Of a stretch of 64,000 bases of DNA, positions 37,129 through 46,601 are shown one piece after another. The stretch is from NCBI GenBank assembly GCA_009839745.1, contig VXPE01000108.1:8121-72120 (forward strand), written 5' to 3'. Under the pieces are notes generated by a model. It was not told where the DNA came from, ran no database searches, and worked only from the letters and a program-made list of their open reading frames with translations. The position numbers and the translations under genes were made by a program. Numbering within the stretch: the stretch's first letter is position 1; each line of letters starts with the position of its first letter. The stretch comes from Candidatus Poribacteria bacterium. GTDB lineage: Bacteria > Poribacteria > WGA-4E > WGA-3G.

Positions 37129-37157
37129 TTGCTACCCATACAAATTTGTGGTAGAAT
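37129..37157 (+). promoter_or_regulatory. Sigma-70 promoter TTGCTA-N17-(TGG)TAGAAT
   Basis: Hexamers at 37129-37134 and 37152-37157, upstream of the GH32 gene. Confidence 0.55.
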
Positions 37158-37194
37158 TTAGAAGAATTCTATCAAAACCGAAAGGAAATAGTTA

Positions 37195-38541
37195 ATGATT
37201 CAGACGGCTTACAAGGAAGCATATCGTCCGCAGTTCCACTTTACACCGAAAACCAATTGGACCAACGATCCAAACGGCTTAATCCACTACAAAGGCGAGT
37301 TTCACCTTTTCTTTCAACACAACCCATTCGGCATCGACTGGGGCAACATGACGTGGGGACACGCCGTTAGCACAGACCTCGTCCATTGGAAGCAACTCCC
37401 GCATGCCATCCATCCAGATGAACTCGGCACAATCTTCTCAGGTTCTGGTGTTGTGGACTGGAAGAATACCGGCGGTTTTCAGACGGGTGACGAAGCAGTG
37501 CTCGTCAATTTCTACACATCTGCAGGCAGCCACGCGCCGAAAGAGGTGCCATTCACACAAAGCATCGCCTACAGCAACGATCGCGGACGGAGTTGGACAA
37601 AATATGAAGGGAACCCTGTGATTGAGCATATCGTCAGGGATAACCGCGACCCGAAGGTAATCTGGCACGAACCCACACAGAAATGGGTTATGGCACTCTA
37701 TCTCGACCAGAATGACTATACCCTGTTCGGTTCAACAGACCTGAAGGAGTGGACACGGTTATCCGACCTACAGATTCCCGATACAGAGTGTCCAGATATC
37801 TTTGAACTTCCCGTTGATGACGATGCCGATAATACGAAGTGGGTTTTCTGGGGTGCGGCGGGAAAATATTACATCGGTAGTTTCGATGGAACGACCTTTA
37901 CACCCGAAGGTGACGCGCAGCGCGCCGACTACGGTGCGAACTTCTATGCAGCGCAAACGTGGAGCGATGTGCCAGAATCCGATGGCAGACGCATCCAAAT
38001 CGCTTGGATGAGTGGCAGTAAACCCCCGGATATGCCTTTTAATCAGCAGATGAGTTTCCCCTGCAAGTTGACCCTTCGAACGACACCAGAGGGGATACGT
38101 CTACATCGAGAACCCGTTGAAGAGATCGAAAACATCCATACGTATACCCATGCCTGGAGCGACCTTTCCCTCAAACCGGGTGAAGATCCACTCGCAGGAT
38201 TGACAGGTGAATTGTTCGATATCCGTGCTGAACTGGCACTGAACGATGCGACCGCCGTTGGTTTCAAAATTCGCGGGCAGGATGTCCGTTACGATGTTGC
38301 AGCACAGGAACTCACATTCTTAGAAAGGAGCGGACCCCTCGTACCACAAAATGGGAAAATCCGCTTACAAATTTTAGTCGATCGTATCTCTATTGAAGCC
38401 TTCGGAAATGACGGTGAACTCTCAATGACGTCCTATTTCCTCCCAGATCTGGACAACGCAGACATCGGAATCTACGCCGAGGGAAGTCCAGCGACGTTAG
38501 TATCACTGAAGGTACACGAGTTAAGATCTTCGTGGGTGTAA
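37195..38541 (+). CDS. Glycoside hydrolase family 32 (beta-fructofuranosidase/levanase-like), no signal peptide
   Basis: WTNDPNGLIHYKGEFHLFFQHNP (nucleophile Asp block), RDPKV and TECPD blocks. Confidence 0.85.
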   Translation: MIQTAYKEAYRPQFHFTPKTNWTNDPNGLIHYKGEFHLFFQHNPFGIDWGNMTWGHAVSTDLVHWKQLPHAIHPDELGTIFSGSGVVDWKNTGGFQTGDEAVLVNFYTSAGSHAPKEVPFTQSIAYSNDRGRSWTKYEGNPVIEHIVRDNRDPKVIWHEPTQKWVMALYLDQNDYTLFGSTDLKEWTRLSDLQIPDTECPDIFELPVDDDADNTKWVFWGAAGKYYIGSFDGTTFTPEGDAQRADYGANFYAAQTWSDVPESDGRRIQIAWMSGSKPPDMPFNQQMSFPCKLTLRTTPEGIRLHREPVEEIENIHTYTHAWSDLSLKPGEDPLAGLTGELFDIRAELALNDATAVGFKIRGQDVRYDVAAQELTFLERSGPLVPQNGKIRLQILVDRISIEAFGNDGELSMTSYFLPDLDNADIGIYAEGSPATLVSLKVHELRSSWV

Positions 38542-38584
38542 TACCGAATAAATAAAATTTATTGGGAAACCCAATCCACCAAAA

Positions 38585-38621
38585 AGCGCGCCTGAAAATC
38601 ATAGAAATTCTCAGGCGCGCT
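38585..38621 (-). terminator. Rho-independent terminator after the Fe-S cluster operon
   Basis: An 11-bp stem AGCGCGCCTGA/TCAGGCGCGCT. On the minus strand it is followed by TTTTTGG. Confidence 0.7.
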
Positions 38622-38700
38622 TGAATAACGATTAATATTTTAAAGCGGTCATTTTCTACGGACGTGCTTGCCAGCGCGCCTACAGAACAGACCAAACGTA

Positions 38701-39036
38701 CTAAACACTAAACGACTCACCACAACCGCATGTATTTTTAGCGTTCGGATTTGTTATCTTAAAGCCTGAATCCATCAAGCCGTCGTTGTAGTCTAATACG
38801 GAACCCGCAAGGTAAAGCGTGCTACGAGGATCGATGAAGATTTTCAAGCCGTGAAATTCAAAAACTTTGTCGGTCCCTTTTGCGGTGCCAAACTCAAGAT
38901 TATATTGGAAACCGGAGCATCCACCGCCGACGACCTGCATCCGCAAGCCGAGTTCGGATTCATCTGAGGTTTCGCTGCTGTTAATGAGAGTGGTCGCTTT
39001 TTGGGCGGCAGATTCTGTAACAGTAATCATAGTCAT
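38701..39036 (-). CDS. IscA/HesB/ErpA-type iron-sulfur cluster insertion protein
   Basis: VVGGGCSGFQY and the C-terminal CGCGESF motif. The start overlaps the upstream stop. Confidence 0.85.
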   Translation of the reverse strand: MTMITVTESAAQKATTLINSSETSDESELGLRMQVVGGGCSGFQYNLEFGTAKGTDKVFEFHGLKIFIDPRSTLYLAGSVLDYNDGLMDSGFKITNPNAKNTCGCGESFSV

Positions 39037-39413
39037 TGCACCCCCTTCTTGGACAGAAAATCAGCAATTGCCATTTTTAGGACTTTTTCAGCTGTGTTCG
39101 CGTAACGCTGTTTATCCGGTGGCAGTCCTCCCAACGCATCAGAAAGTTGGTCAGCGGTAATCTCTAATGCCTCTGGGATATGAACTCCCGTAATGAGTTC
39201 AGTAAGCATTGAAGCACTCGCGATAGCCGTAGGGCAACCGAATGCCCGAAATTTCGCCCTAACGATCATGTCATCCGTTATTTTGAGTGTCAATTTTATC
39301 ATTTCGCCGTCAGCAGGAGAACCAACACTGGCGGTGCCATCCGCATCGACAATAGTTCCGATATTGCACGGGTTTTCGTAATGTTCGGTTACCTGTGGCG
39401 TATACATGATCAT
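39033..39413 (-). CDS. IscU/NifU-N-like protein lacking two of the three cluster-ligand cysteines
   Basis: Aligns to the IscU blocks HYENP, FGCPTAIAS and LPPDK. It reads GSPADGE where IscU has GAPACGD, and QRYAN where IscU has IHCSI. Confidence 0.7.
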   Translation of the reverse strand: MIMYTPQVTEHYENPCNIGTIVDADGTASVGSPADGEMIKLTLKITDDMIVRAKFRAFGCPTAIASASMLTELITGVHIPEALEITADQLSDALGGLPPDKQRYANTAEKVLKMAIADFLSKKGVQ

Positions 39414-39438
39414 GGTTGTCAGTTAGCAGTTGTCAGTT
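39414..39438. repeat. Heptanucleotide tandem repeat (GGTTGTC AGTTAGC AGTTGTC AGTT) abutting the IscU-like start codon
   Basis: Same unit as 29401-29425. The 14-mer TAACTGACAACCAT (reverse complement, including the ATG) is also present at 4657-4670. Confidence 0.8.
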
Positions 39439-39522
39439 ACAAAAAGATTTTGTTAAATGGGAACTCTTAACTGAAAACTGTGGACTGAAAGGATTTTCGT
39501 AGAAAATCCGATACTGAAAACT

Positions 39523-39551
39523 ATTATACCATATTTCCAAACGCTTGTCAA
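39523..39551 (-). promoter_or_regulatory. Consensus sigma-70 promoter TTGACA-N17-(TGG)TATAAT for the IscU-like/IscA-like operon
   Basis: The reverse complement reads TTGACAAGCGTTTGGAAATATGGTATAAT. A 7-bp hairpin (39491-39509) and three ACTGAAA(A) repeats lie in the leader. Confidence 0.7.
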
Positions 39552-39577
39552 ATTTTTAAAGTTTACAACAAGTTGAC

Positions 39578-40078
39578 TCAAACAGTAGTTTCCTCGTTTT
39601 CATCGAGTGTCTTTGGCTCTAACTCTGCTTGGCACTCAGCGCAGTAACCGATTATCTCATTGCGAAAACGCACGGGTTTAAAGGCGTGCGCTTCACACAC
39701 CGCTTTCTGCAAGGCATCAATTTGCGGTTCTTTAAACTCAACAATCTGATTACATCGCAGACAGATAAGATGCGCGTGTTCCCGAAGTGAATGAATACTC
39801 TCATAGCGAGTGTTCTTCTGCGCGTCAATGAATTCTGTTAACAGTCCACTTCTCACCAGCAGCGGCAACGTCCGATAGATCGTTGGGCGCGACACACGGT
39901 AACCGTTTCGACGCATCTGAACCAAGAGATCTTCTGTCTGAAAATGTCCCGGATAGTCAAAGACTTGGTTTAAGATGTCTAATCGTTTTTGGGTCAAACG
40001 GAGTCCATAGCTTTTGAGGTAATCTTCAAATTGCTTTGCAAACTCTATATCGCGAGTCGTTTCTTCAGCGGTTTCCAT
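39578..40078 (-). CDS. Fur family transcriptional regulator
   Basis: LRLTQKRLDIL...winged helix, HAHLICLRCNQIVEF and C-terminal YCAEC. Confidence 0.8.
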   Translation of the reverse strand: METAEETTRDIEFAKQFEDYLKSYGLRLTQKRLDILNQVFDYPGHFQTEDLLVQMRRNGYRVSRPTIYRTLPLLVRSGLLTEFIDAQKNTRYESIHSLREHAHLICLRCNQIVEFKEPQIDALQKAVCEAHAFKPVRFRNEIIGYCAECQAELEPKTLDENEETTV

Positions 40079-40090
40079 TTTCCGCCCCTT

Positions 40091-40930
40091 TCAACTGGTA
40101 GTGAAAGATATATGACGATCTGGCGGCGCAAGATCGTTCTTCACGGCATACTTATAATACAGTTCAAGACCTTTGATCTCAGGTGCATCCAAGTCGTATT
40201 TGATGTGATGTTGCAAATAATCGCGGCAAAGTTTTTCAGGAAAATCAAGCTTTCGCGCCTCAATCCGTGCGATTTCTGGGATGCGTGTGATACCCCGTGC
40301 TTTCGATTCGAGGAGCACCTCCGATAAATTACCAAGCTGCGTTTCCGTCCGGGCAACCCAACACGCATAGACAAAGGGTAAACCGGTTAACTTATACCAC
40401 GCCTCACCAAGATCTAAGTTATATTCCGTTGAACCCAGATGCCTGAGTGCTGAGTCTCCGATGAGAAGGATCGCATCAAAAGAGGGCGCTTGGTGATCTT
40501 GAAGGACTGTCTTCGGATTTATTGTCGGTCTACATGTTGTGAACGCTGCGGAGATTTGATACTTCTCAGCGAGTAGGATTTTCAGCAAGGCAATAGAAGT
40601 TCGGGAATTCGTATCGAGTCCGATACGTCGAATCTCTGGAATCGGAACGCGACTGAAAAGTTGGATGCTTTTGACGCTTCCGTGGGACGCAATCGACATT
40701 TTGGGTAAAATACAGTAAGACGTATCCAAAGGATTCGCTCGAAAATATTCAATAATCGGAATTAATCCAACATCCAGTTCACCTTTGCTTAAAAGTGCTG
40801 CAACGCGGCTCGGTATGTCAACACTCAAGGCAATATCCGTTTGAATTTCTTCCTTTAAAAGAGGATAAATAAGCGGTTTGGTATTCAGAAACGAGACTGC
40901 CCCAACCCTTAAGCGGCTTTTCTGTACCAC
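40091..40930 (-). CDS. mqnA: Chorismate dehydratase MqnA (futalosine pathway)
   Basis: LRVGAVSFLNTKPLIYPL at the N-terminus, periplasmic-binding-protein-like fold length, adjacent to an mqn radical SAM gene. Confidence 0.7.
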   Translation of the reverse strand: MVQKSRLRVGAVSFLNTKPLIYPLLKEEIQTDIALSVDIPSRVAALLSKGELDVGLIPIIEYFRANPLDTSYCILPKMSIASHGSVKSIQLFSRVPIPEIRRIGLDTNSRTSIALLKILLAEKYQISAAFTTCRPTINPKTVLQDHQAPSFDAILLIGDSALRHLGSTEYNLDLGEAWYKLTGLPFVYACWVARTETQLGNLSEVLLESKARGITRIPEIARIEARKLDFPEKLCRDYLQHHIKYDLDAPEIKGLELYYKYAVKNDLAPPDRHISFTTS

Positions 40931-42099
40931 CGATTCCCCTCTCGAATGACCTCATTGTAAAGCGTATCCCGCTCAACAGGCACGAAGCCAGCTTCCTCAA
41001 TGAGGTGTGTGAGTGTCGAAACGGAAACCGCCTCCGGCGTGTCCGCTCCTGCCATGTGTGTGATTTTTTCCTCGGTTACAGTGCCATCAATATCATCAGC
41101 CCCGAAACGGAGGGCGACCTGCGCAGTTTTCAAGCCGGTCATAATCCAGTAAACTTTAATGTGCGGCATGTTATCGAGCATCAAACGTGCAACAGCGATG
41201 TTCCGAAGATCGGTCAGACCCGTCGTCGAGGGTAGATACGCCATACGGGTGTTGAGAGGATGAAACGCAAGTGGAATGAACGTCACGAAACCACCGGATT
41301 TATCCTGTTGTTCCCGCAACCGAATGAAATGATCGACTCTGTCCTCATTTGTCTCAAGGTGCCCATAAAGCATCGTTGCGTTCGTCGAAATACCGAGACG
41401 ATGCGCGATATCATGAACTTCCAGCCACCCTTCTGCGCTCAGTTTTCCTGGGCAAATCTTCTCCCGCGTTTCTTCCGCAAATATTTCAGCACCACCCCCG
41501 GGCAACGAATCCAAACCCGCATCCCGCAATTGCGTTAAAACTTCTTCTATCGACATTTTAAAGATACGTGAGAAGTGATGAATTTCAACGGCTGTGAAGA
41601 ATTTGAGGTGGACCTGCGGCATCCGTTCCTTGAGCCCGCGGATCATATCTAAATAGTAATCGAAGGGTAATTTAGGATGTAACCCACCGACGCTATGAAT
41701 CTCAGTGCATCCGTGCTCTATAGAATACATCGCCTTGTCTAAAAATTCATCTACACTCATTTCCCAGGCCCCTTCGGTTTGCATGTTTTTCCGGGCGAAG
41801 GCACAAAAATGGCACCGGGCGTGTAGAATACAGACATTTGAATAATCTATATGCTGGTTGATGTTATAGTAAGCGACGTTTCCATTGAGGCGTTCGCGGG
41901 CATGATTCGCTATGAATCCAACCCCCGTAATATCTGGACTTTCATAAAGCGCGACCCCCTCCTCAAAGGAGAGTCGTTCTTCCGTCTTGACTTTCTCGTA
42001 GATTTCAGGCAACTTGGGATCCGTAAAACGGCTATAGTTCTCCATTATTTCTTTAATCCTAATTGGTTCTCCATTTTCCCAGGAATTTGGCAAACCCAA
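40909..42099 (-). CDS. Radical SAM menaquinone biosynthesis enzyme, MqnE/MqnC family
   Basis: NINQHIDYSNVCILHARCHFCAFARK cluster motif. About 396 aa. Overlaps the mqnA start. Confidence 0.7.
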   Translation of the reverse strand: MGLPNSWENGEPIRIKEIMENYSRFTDPKLPEIYEKVKTEERLSFEEGVALYESPDITGVGFIANHARERLNGNVAYYNINQHIDYSNVCILHARCHFCAFARKNMQTEGAWEMSVDEFLDKAMYSIEHGCTEIHSVGGLHPKLPFDYYLDMIRGLKERMPQVHLKFFTAVEIHHFSRIFKMSIEEVLTQLRDAGLDSLPGGGAEIFAEETREKICPGKLSAEGWLEVHDIAHRLGISTNATMLYGHLETNEDRVDHFIRLREQQDKSGGFVTFIPLAFHPLNTRMAYLPSTTGLTDLRNIAVARLMLDNMPHIKVYWIMTGLKTAQVALRFGADDIDGTVTEEKITHMAGADTPEAVSVSTLTHLIEEAGFVPVERDTLYNEVIREGNRWYRKAA

Positions 42100-42127
42100 A
42101 TTTGCTATAGTTAAAGTGAAAAATTGC

Positions 42128-42157
42128 TTGACACCTGTTTCTTAGTAAGGGTATTAT
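42128..42157 (+). promoter_or_regulatory. Sigma-70 promoter TTGACA-N18-TATTAT
   Basis: Hexamers at 42128-42133 and 42152-42157. Confidence 0.5.
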
Positions 42158-42284
42158 AGCATAGCAACTTTTAAGATGCAAGTCTTTTTTAGTTGTCAAC
42201 GGTCAGCGGTTATTTACACACGGTGGGAGCGGATTGTCGCTGCTTTTATCGGATTTGGACACTCAAAGCGGAGCAAATAAATTT

Positions 42285-43085
42285 ATGCCAAAATTAGGAC
42301 TTATCCATTACAATTACGCAAGTAAATCACTTGACGATTTTCTGAAATTTACGAGTGAAACAGGGTTCAGCTACGTCGAACTGCAAATTAGCGATGTATG
42401 GAACCCCGACGCCGAGAATCCTGAACAAAACGCAGAAGCCGTGAGAAAACAGGCTGAGGGTTACGGTTTACAGGTCTCCGCACTCGCTGCAGGGAACGAT
42501 TTCGTTGTGCTGGAAGAGGAAACTATCCAGGCGCAAGTGGCACGGATGGAACGCATCGCAGGACTTGCGAAACTTCTCGACACTTCGGTGCTCCGCACTG
42601 AGGGGGGCGCCGCAAAAGACGCTGTCCCAGAAAGTCGATGGGTTGAAGCAATGGCTGGATGTCTCACACGGTGTCTTGAATTCGCCGAACGGGACGAGGT
42701 CTACTTGGCAGTGGACAACCACGGCATCGTTACAAATGACGGAGACCTGCAGGTAGAGCTCTTTGAACGCGTCGGTTCCAAATATGTCGGTGCGAATATG
42801 GACACAATGAATTACCGGTGGGCGGGCCACGATTTGGAAACCGTGGGCAGATATTACGAGATCGTCGCACCTTATACACTGCACACACACCTCAAAGACG
42901 GAACGGGTTCACGTGGAGATTACCGCGGCGAAGCACTCGGTGAAGGTGAAATAGACCTCGCGAAGGCAATCCGCTGTCTCAGAGAAGTAGGCTATGAGGG
43001 TGTCTGGTGCTGCGAATATGAAGGTAGAGAAAACGACGGCACGGGTCAAAGAAAAAGTTTTACATGGATGCAAGCGAACCTGTAA
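42285..43085 (+). CDS. Sugar phosphate isomerase/epimerase (TIM barrel)
   Basis: MPKLGLIHYN..., HTHLKD and CCEYEG motifs. An alternative TTG start at 42234 is possible. Confidence 0.65.
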   Translation: MPKLGLIHYNYASKSLDDFLKFTSETGFSYVELQISDVWNPDAENPEQNAEAVRKQAEGYGLQVSALAAGNDFVVLEEETIQAQVARMERIAGLAKLLDTSVLRTEGGAAKDAVPESRWVEAMAGCLTRCLEFAERDEVYLAVDNHGIVTNDGDLQVELFERVGSKYVGANMDTMNYRWAGHDLETVGRYYEIVAPYTLHTHLKDGTGSRGDYRGEALGEGEIDLAKAIRCLREVGYEGVWCCEYEGRENDGTGQRKSFTWMQANL

Positions 43086-43088
43086 CCG

Positions 43089-43919
43089 ATGAATGAACGC
43101 TCTCGTATCATTACACTAACAACGGATTTCGGCACGAGCGATACTTATGTCGGAATCATGAAAGGTGTCATTCTCAGTATTAATCCGAAGGCACAGATAG
43201 TTGACCTCACGCACGCTATCCCACCACAAGATATCTACGAAGCGGCTTTCTCAATTTATGCCGCCCGCAGCTACTTTCCAAAAGGAACAATTCATATTAT
43301 CGTGGTGGATCCTGGGGTAGGGAGCGATCGGCAGGCAATAGTGAGTCATATAGACAACGCATTCTTCGTCTGTCCCGACAATGGCGTTTTGAGTTATCTA
43401 TTGCATGGTGCTGAGAACGCGGGGGCACACCCCATAGAGTCCGTGGCGATTCAGAACGCGGCATACTATTTGCCAGAAGTAAGCAATACATTCCACGGTA
43501 GGGATATTTTCGCACCCGTCGCGGCACACCTATCGCTCGGCGTGCCGTTTGATGACATCGGTCCACGGGTGAAAACCCTCGTTCGACTACCGATTCAAGT
43601 GCCCGAATTCACCGGTAATACATTGACAGGACAAATTGTTAAAATTGACAGATTCGGAAATGCAATAACAAATATATCGGAAACCGCAATTGCTCGCTTA
43701 GAAAGTACGTCTACGGCGGAGACACCTATTTATGAAATTAGGGTCGGCAGTGCCAGACTTAATCGACTGAACCGTGCTTATGCTGAATCTGATATTGGCG
43801 AACCTTTGGCAATGATTGGAAGTTGCGGATTGTTAGAAATTGCTATAAATGGTGGGAATGCCAAAGAGGGATTGGGAATAAAATGGGGGGATACGGTCGT
43901 AGTGCAAAGGTTTGATTGA
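43089..43919 (+). CDS. SAM hydrolase / SAM hydroxide adenosyltransferase (DUF62 family)
   Basis: ITLTTDFGTSDTYVGIMKGVI, VVDPGVGS, FHGRDIFAP. Confidence 0.8.
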   Translation: MNERSRIITLTTDFGTSDTYVGIMKGVILSINPKAQIVDLTHAIPPQDIYEAAFSIYAARSYFPKGTIHIIVVDPGVGSDRQAIVSHIDNAFFVCPDNGVLSYLLHGAENAGAHPIESVAIQNAAYYLPEVSNTFHGRDIFAPVAAHLSLGVPFDDIGPRVKTLVRLPIQVPEFTGNTLTGQIVKIDRFGNAITNISETAIARLESTSTAETPIYEIRVGSARLNRLNRAYAESDIGEPLAMIGSCGLLEIAINGGNAKEGLGIKWGDTVVVQRFD

Positions 43920-43983
43920 ATATATAAACCCAAGCAGGTTATAATAAGATAAAATCAAATCCGGACAGGAGGATGGAACGGAA

Positions 43984-44973
43984 TTGAAACAGATTACTTT
44001 AACTGGAATCAAGCCAACAGGACAACCGCACATCGGTAACTATCTCGGCATGATCAAACCCGCATTGGAGCTCGCAAAGGATTTTCAAGCACTCTACTTT
44101 ATAGCGGATTATCACGCACTCACGACCGTCCGGGATAAGAAGGAATTGGCACATTTAACGTATCAAGCCACTGCGACGTGGTTAGCATTGGGATTAAACC
44201 CTGATGAGGTAATTTTCTACCGGCAGTCAGACATCCCAGAAGTATTCGAGTTGTCGTGGGTGTTATCCTGTTTTACAACCAAGGGCTTGCTCAACCGTGC
44301 GCACGCCTACAAAGCGATTGTTGACGACAATATCGCCGAGGGACGTGAAGAGGATAAGAACATTAACGCCGGACTTTTCACCTATCCGGTTTTGATGGCA
44401 GCTGACATTCTGCTTTTCGGAACACACATCGTGCCGGTTGGGCTTGACCAGCAGCAACACCTTGAAATTACCCGCGATATTGCATTGACTTTCAACAAAA
44501 ATTACGGCAACGTCTTAACGATTCCGGAAGCCGTGATTCGGAAAGAGGTGATGACGATTCCCGGTATCGATGGCAGAAAGATGAGCAAAAGTTATAACAA
44601 CGTCATCCCGATCTTCGCGCCTTCTAACCAAGTACGCAAACCCGTCATGCGCATTGTAACCGATTCCAAGCGACCAGAAGATCCCAAAGACCCGGACGAA
44701 TGTAACATCTTTGCAATCTATCGTCATCTCGCGAAGGTAGATGCCGTTGAAGCGAAGCGGAAACTCTATCTTGAAGGTGGACTCGCGTATGGCGAGATGA
44801 AAAAAGAGTTATTTGCGTTGCTGGAAGCGACCTTTTCCGAGCAACGTGATCGGTATAATGCCTTAATGGAAGATCCAGATGAGTTGGATAAAATACTTGA
44901 AAAAGGGGGACAAAAAGCACGCGACATCGCCGGACCGATTCTGACGAAGGTTCGCAAAGCGGTCGGCGTGTAG
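43984..44973 (+). CDS. trpS: Tryptophan--tRNA ligase
   Basis: TTG start. TGIKPTGQPHIGNYLG (HIGH region), GLDQQQH, KMSKS. Confidence 0.9.
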   Translation: MKQITLTGIKPTGQPHIGNYLGMIKPALELAKDFQALYFIADYHALTTVRDKKELAHLTYQATATWLALGLNPDEVIFYRQSDIPEVFELSWVLSCFTTKGLLNRAHAYKAIVDDNIAEGREEDKNINAGLFTYPVLMAADILLFGTHIVPVGLDQQQHLEITRDIALTFNKNYGNVLTIPEAVIRKEVMTIPGIDGRKMSKSYNNVIPIFAPSNQVRKPVMRIVTDSKRPEDPKDPDECNIFAIYRHLAKVDAVEAKRKLYLEGGLAYGEMKKELFALLEATFSEQRDRYNALMEDPDELDKILEKGGQKARDIAGPILTKVRKAVGV

Positions 44974-45065
44974 ATTCGGAAAGTCTATAAACTCGATTCG
45001 CGCGTGTACTGAAGTATGCTATTGTCAACTGAGAAAATTGCTCAAGAGACAGATATTAATTTCGT

Positions 45066-45095
45066 TTGCTAATTATTGAACAGGTCTGCTATAAT
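45066..45095 (+). promoter_or_regulatory. Sigma-70 promoter TTGCTA-N18-TATAAT with a roughly 195-nt leader
   Basis: Hexamers at 45066-45071 and 45090-45095. The palindrome CTTGCAT-TTTA-ATGCAAG follows, about 30 nt downstream. Confidence 0.5.
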
Positions 45096-45291
45096 GATGA
45101 AATAGCGTTGCTATAAAAAAAACTTGCATTTTAATGCAAGATATGTCAAAATATATTTAACTCCTATTTCTATGTTACGCGGGACATCAGGCAATCAACA
45201 TGCGCCGATAGTTTGACAGACAGTGGAGTAGTGCCACGAAACAGTCCGCGTTGCGACGCGGCAAATCTCTAAAGAAAGTGAGAGGATTCAA

Positions 45292-46062
45292 ATGAAATTT
45301 AACACTTTAACATTTATCCTGTTTAGTTTAGGGCTGATAGCGATCAGTCTCGTTACGGTGAACAGTAGTAGTGCTGCAATTGATCCGAGCAGTGTTGTCG
45401 GTATTTGGCTGTTCGACGAAGCGGGCGGAAGCACAGTGATGGACGCTTCAGGAAACAATAACCATGGAACGATTGTCAACGCACCCATTTGGGTGGATGG
45501 GCGATTCGGTAGTGCTTTAGCATTTGATGGCAGTTGTGTCAACACAAACAAAAAACTTCTTAACGGCAGGAAGGAATTCACGGTTGTTGCGTGGGTAAAA
45601 CCGGGAACGATCACCGAGAATCGGATCGGACTAATAGGACAGAACGATTCACCGGAATTCGGTTTTATTAACCCGGATACCGTTGCACTATGGACGCCGT
45701 CAGCTGGTAGTAATAATCATCCGTATGAGCATCCGCCCGGTGAATGGCACCATGTCGCCGCTGTGGCTTCTGGGGAATTCACGAAGGTTTACGTGGATGG
45801 CGAGGCGACCACAGTCAACGGTAGGTGGTCCAATCACGGCAGGTCCGATTTCAACGTGAACATCGGCGGATGTGGTATTTGGGATCCTAACGGTAATTGG
45901 TTCACAGGGGCAATGGATGAGGTCGGACTCTTCCACGCACCTTTGACAGATGCCGATATTACTGATATTATGAATAATGGCTTGACTGCCTTAGGCGTTG
46001 CGGTAGAACCCGCAGGGAAAATCGCAGTAACATGGGGTATCCTCAAGCAGAAGGAATACTAA
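45292..46062 (+). CDS. Secreted LamG/ConA-like domain protein with a C-terminal AVTWGILKQ tail
   Basis: Signal peptide MKFNTLTFILFSLGLIAISLV. DASGNNNHGTIVNAPIW...WHHVAAV...VYVDGE...MDEVGLF. Ends EPAGKIAVTWGILKQKEY. Confidence 0.75.
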   Translation: MKFNTLTFILFSLGLIAISLVTVNSSSAAIDPSSVVGIWLFDEAGGSTVMDASGNNNHGTIVNAPIWVDGRFGSALAFDGSCVNTNKKLLNGRKEFTVVAWVKPGTITENRIGLIGQNDSPEFGFINPDTVALWTPSAGSNNHPYEHPPGEWHHVAAVASGEFTKVYVDGEATTVNGRWSNHGRSDFNVNIGGCGIWDPNGNWFTGAMDEVGLFHAPLTDADITDIMNNGLTALGVAVEPAGKIAVTWGILKQKEY

Positions 46063-46310
46063 GCATTTTTAGCACAGGACGGGTGAGCGGCGCGGTGCTC
46101 ACCGCTGTATCCACAACCCGTCCTATGTCCAATTTTAACCGATAAACCCCGGTTCAAGGCTCGTTTTAAAGAAAACAAATCCCAAACCGGGGCAAAATTT
46201 ATCAGCGCAGCAGGACGCGAAATAGTCGTTACCATCCCATCGCGACAATGTACCAATCCAATTCCAAAGGTCTATGCCATTGGAACTGTATTGGAGTTGT
46301 TAAAAACAGA

Positions 46311-46601
46311 CTACATGTTCCTGTCTGAATCGTCATACCGGCGCGGCTCGCGACGTTGCTCGCGAGGACGTGCAGGATTAACTTTCAGCGGACGTCCCAT
46401 CATCTCTTGGCCATCTAATGCTTCTATCGCTCGCTCGCCGTCCTCTTGGTTTTCCATCTCAACGAAGCCAAACCCTTTGGAGCGACCATCGTACCGGTCA
46501 CGGATAATCGTAGCCGTTGCAACCTGACCATACTCTCCAAAGAGTTCTTCGAGGTCGGTTTCCGTGGCCGCATAAGGCACGTTGCCAACGTAGATATTCA
46601 T
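46311..46601 (-). CDS. RRM-type RNA-binding protein
   Basis: RNP2 IYVGNV, RNP1 KGFGFVEM, and an Arg/Asp-rich tail. Confidence 0.9.
   Translation of the reverse strand: MNIYVGNVPYAATETDLEELFGEYGQVATATIIRDRYDGRSKGFGFVEMENQEDGERAIEALDGQEMMGRPLKVNPARPREQRREPRRYDDSDRNM

Noticed and set aside
46059-46256. 65-aa minus-strand ORF between the LamG and RRM genes
   Set aside because: The region is dominated by GC-rich hairpins. The ORF has no RBS and an implausible composition. It is more likely a structured intergenic or terminator region.
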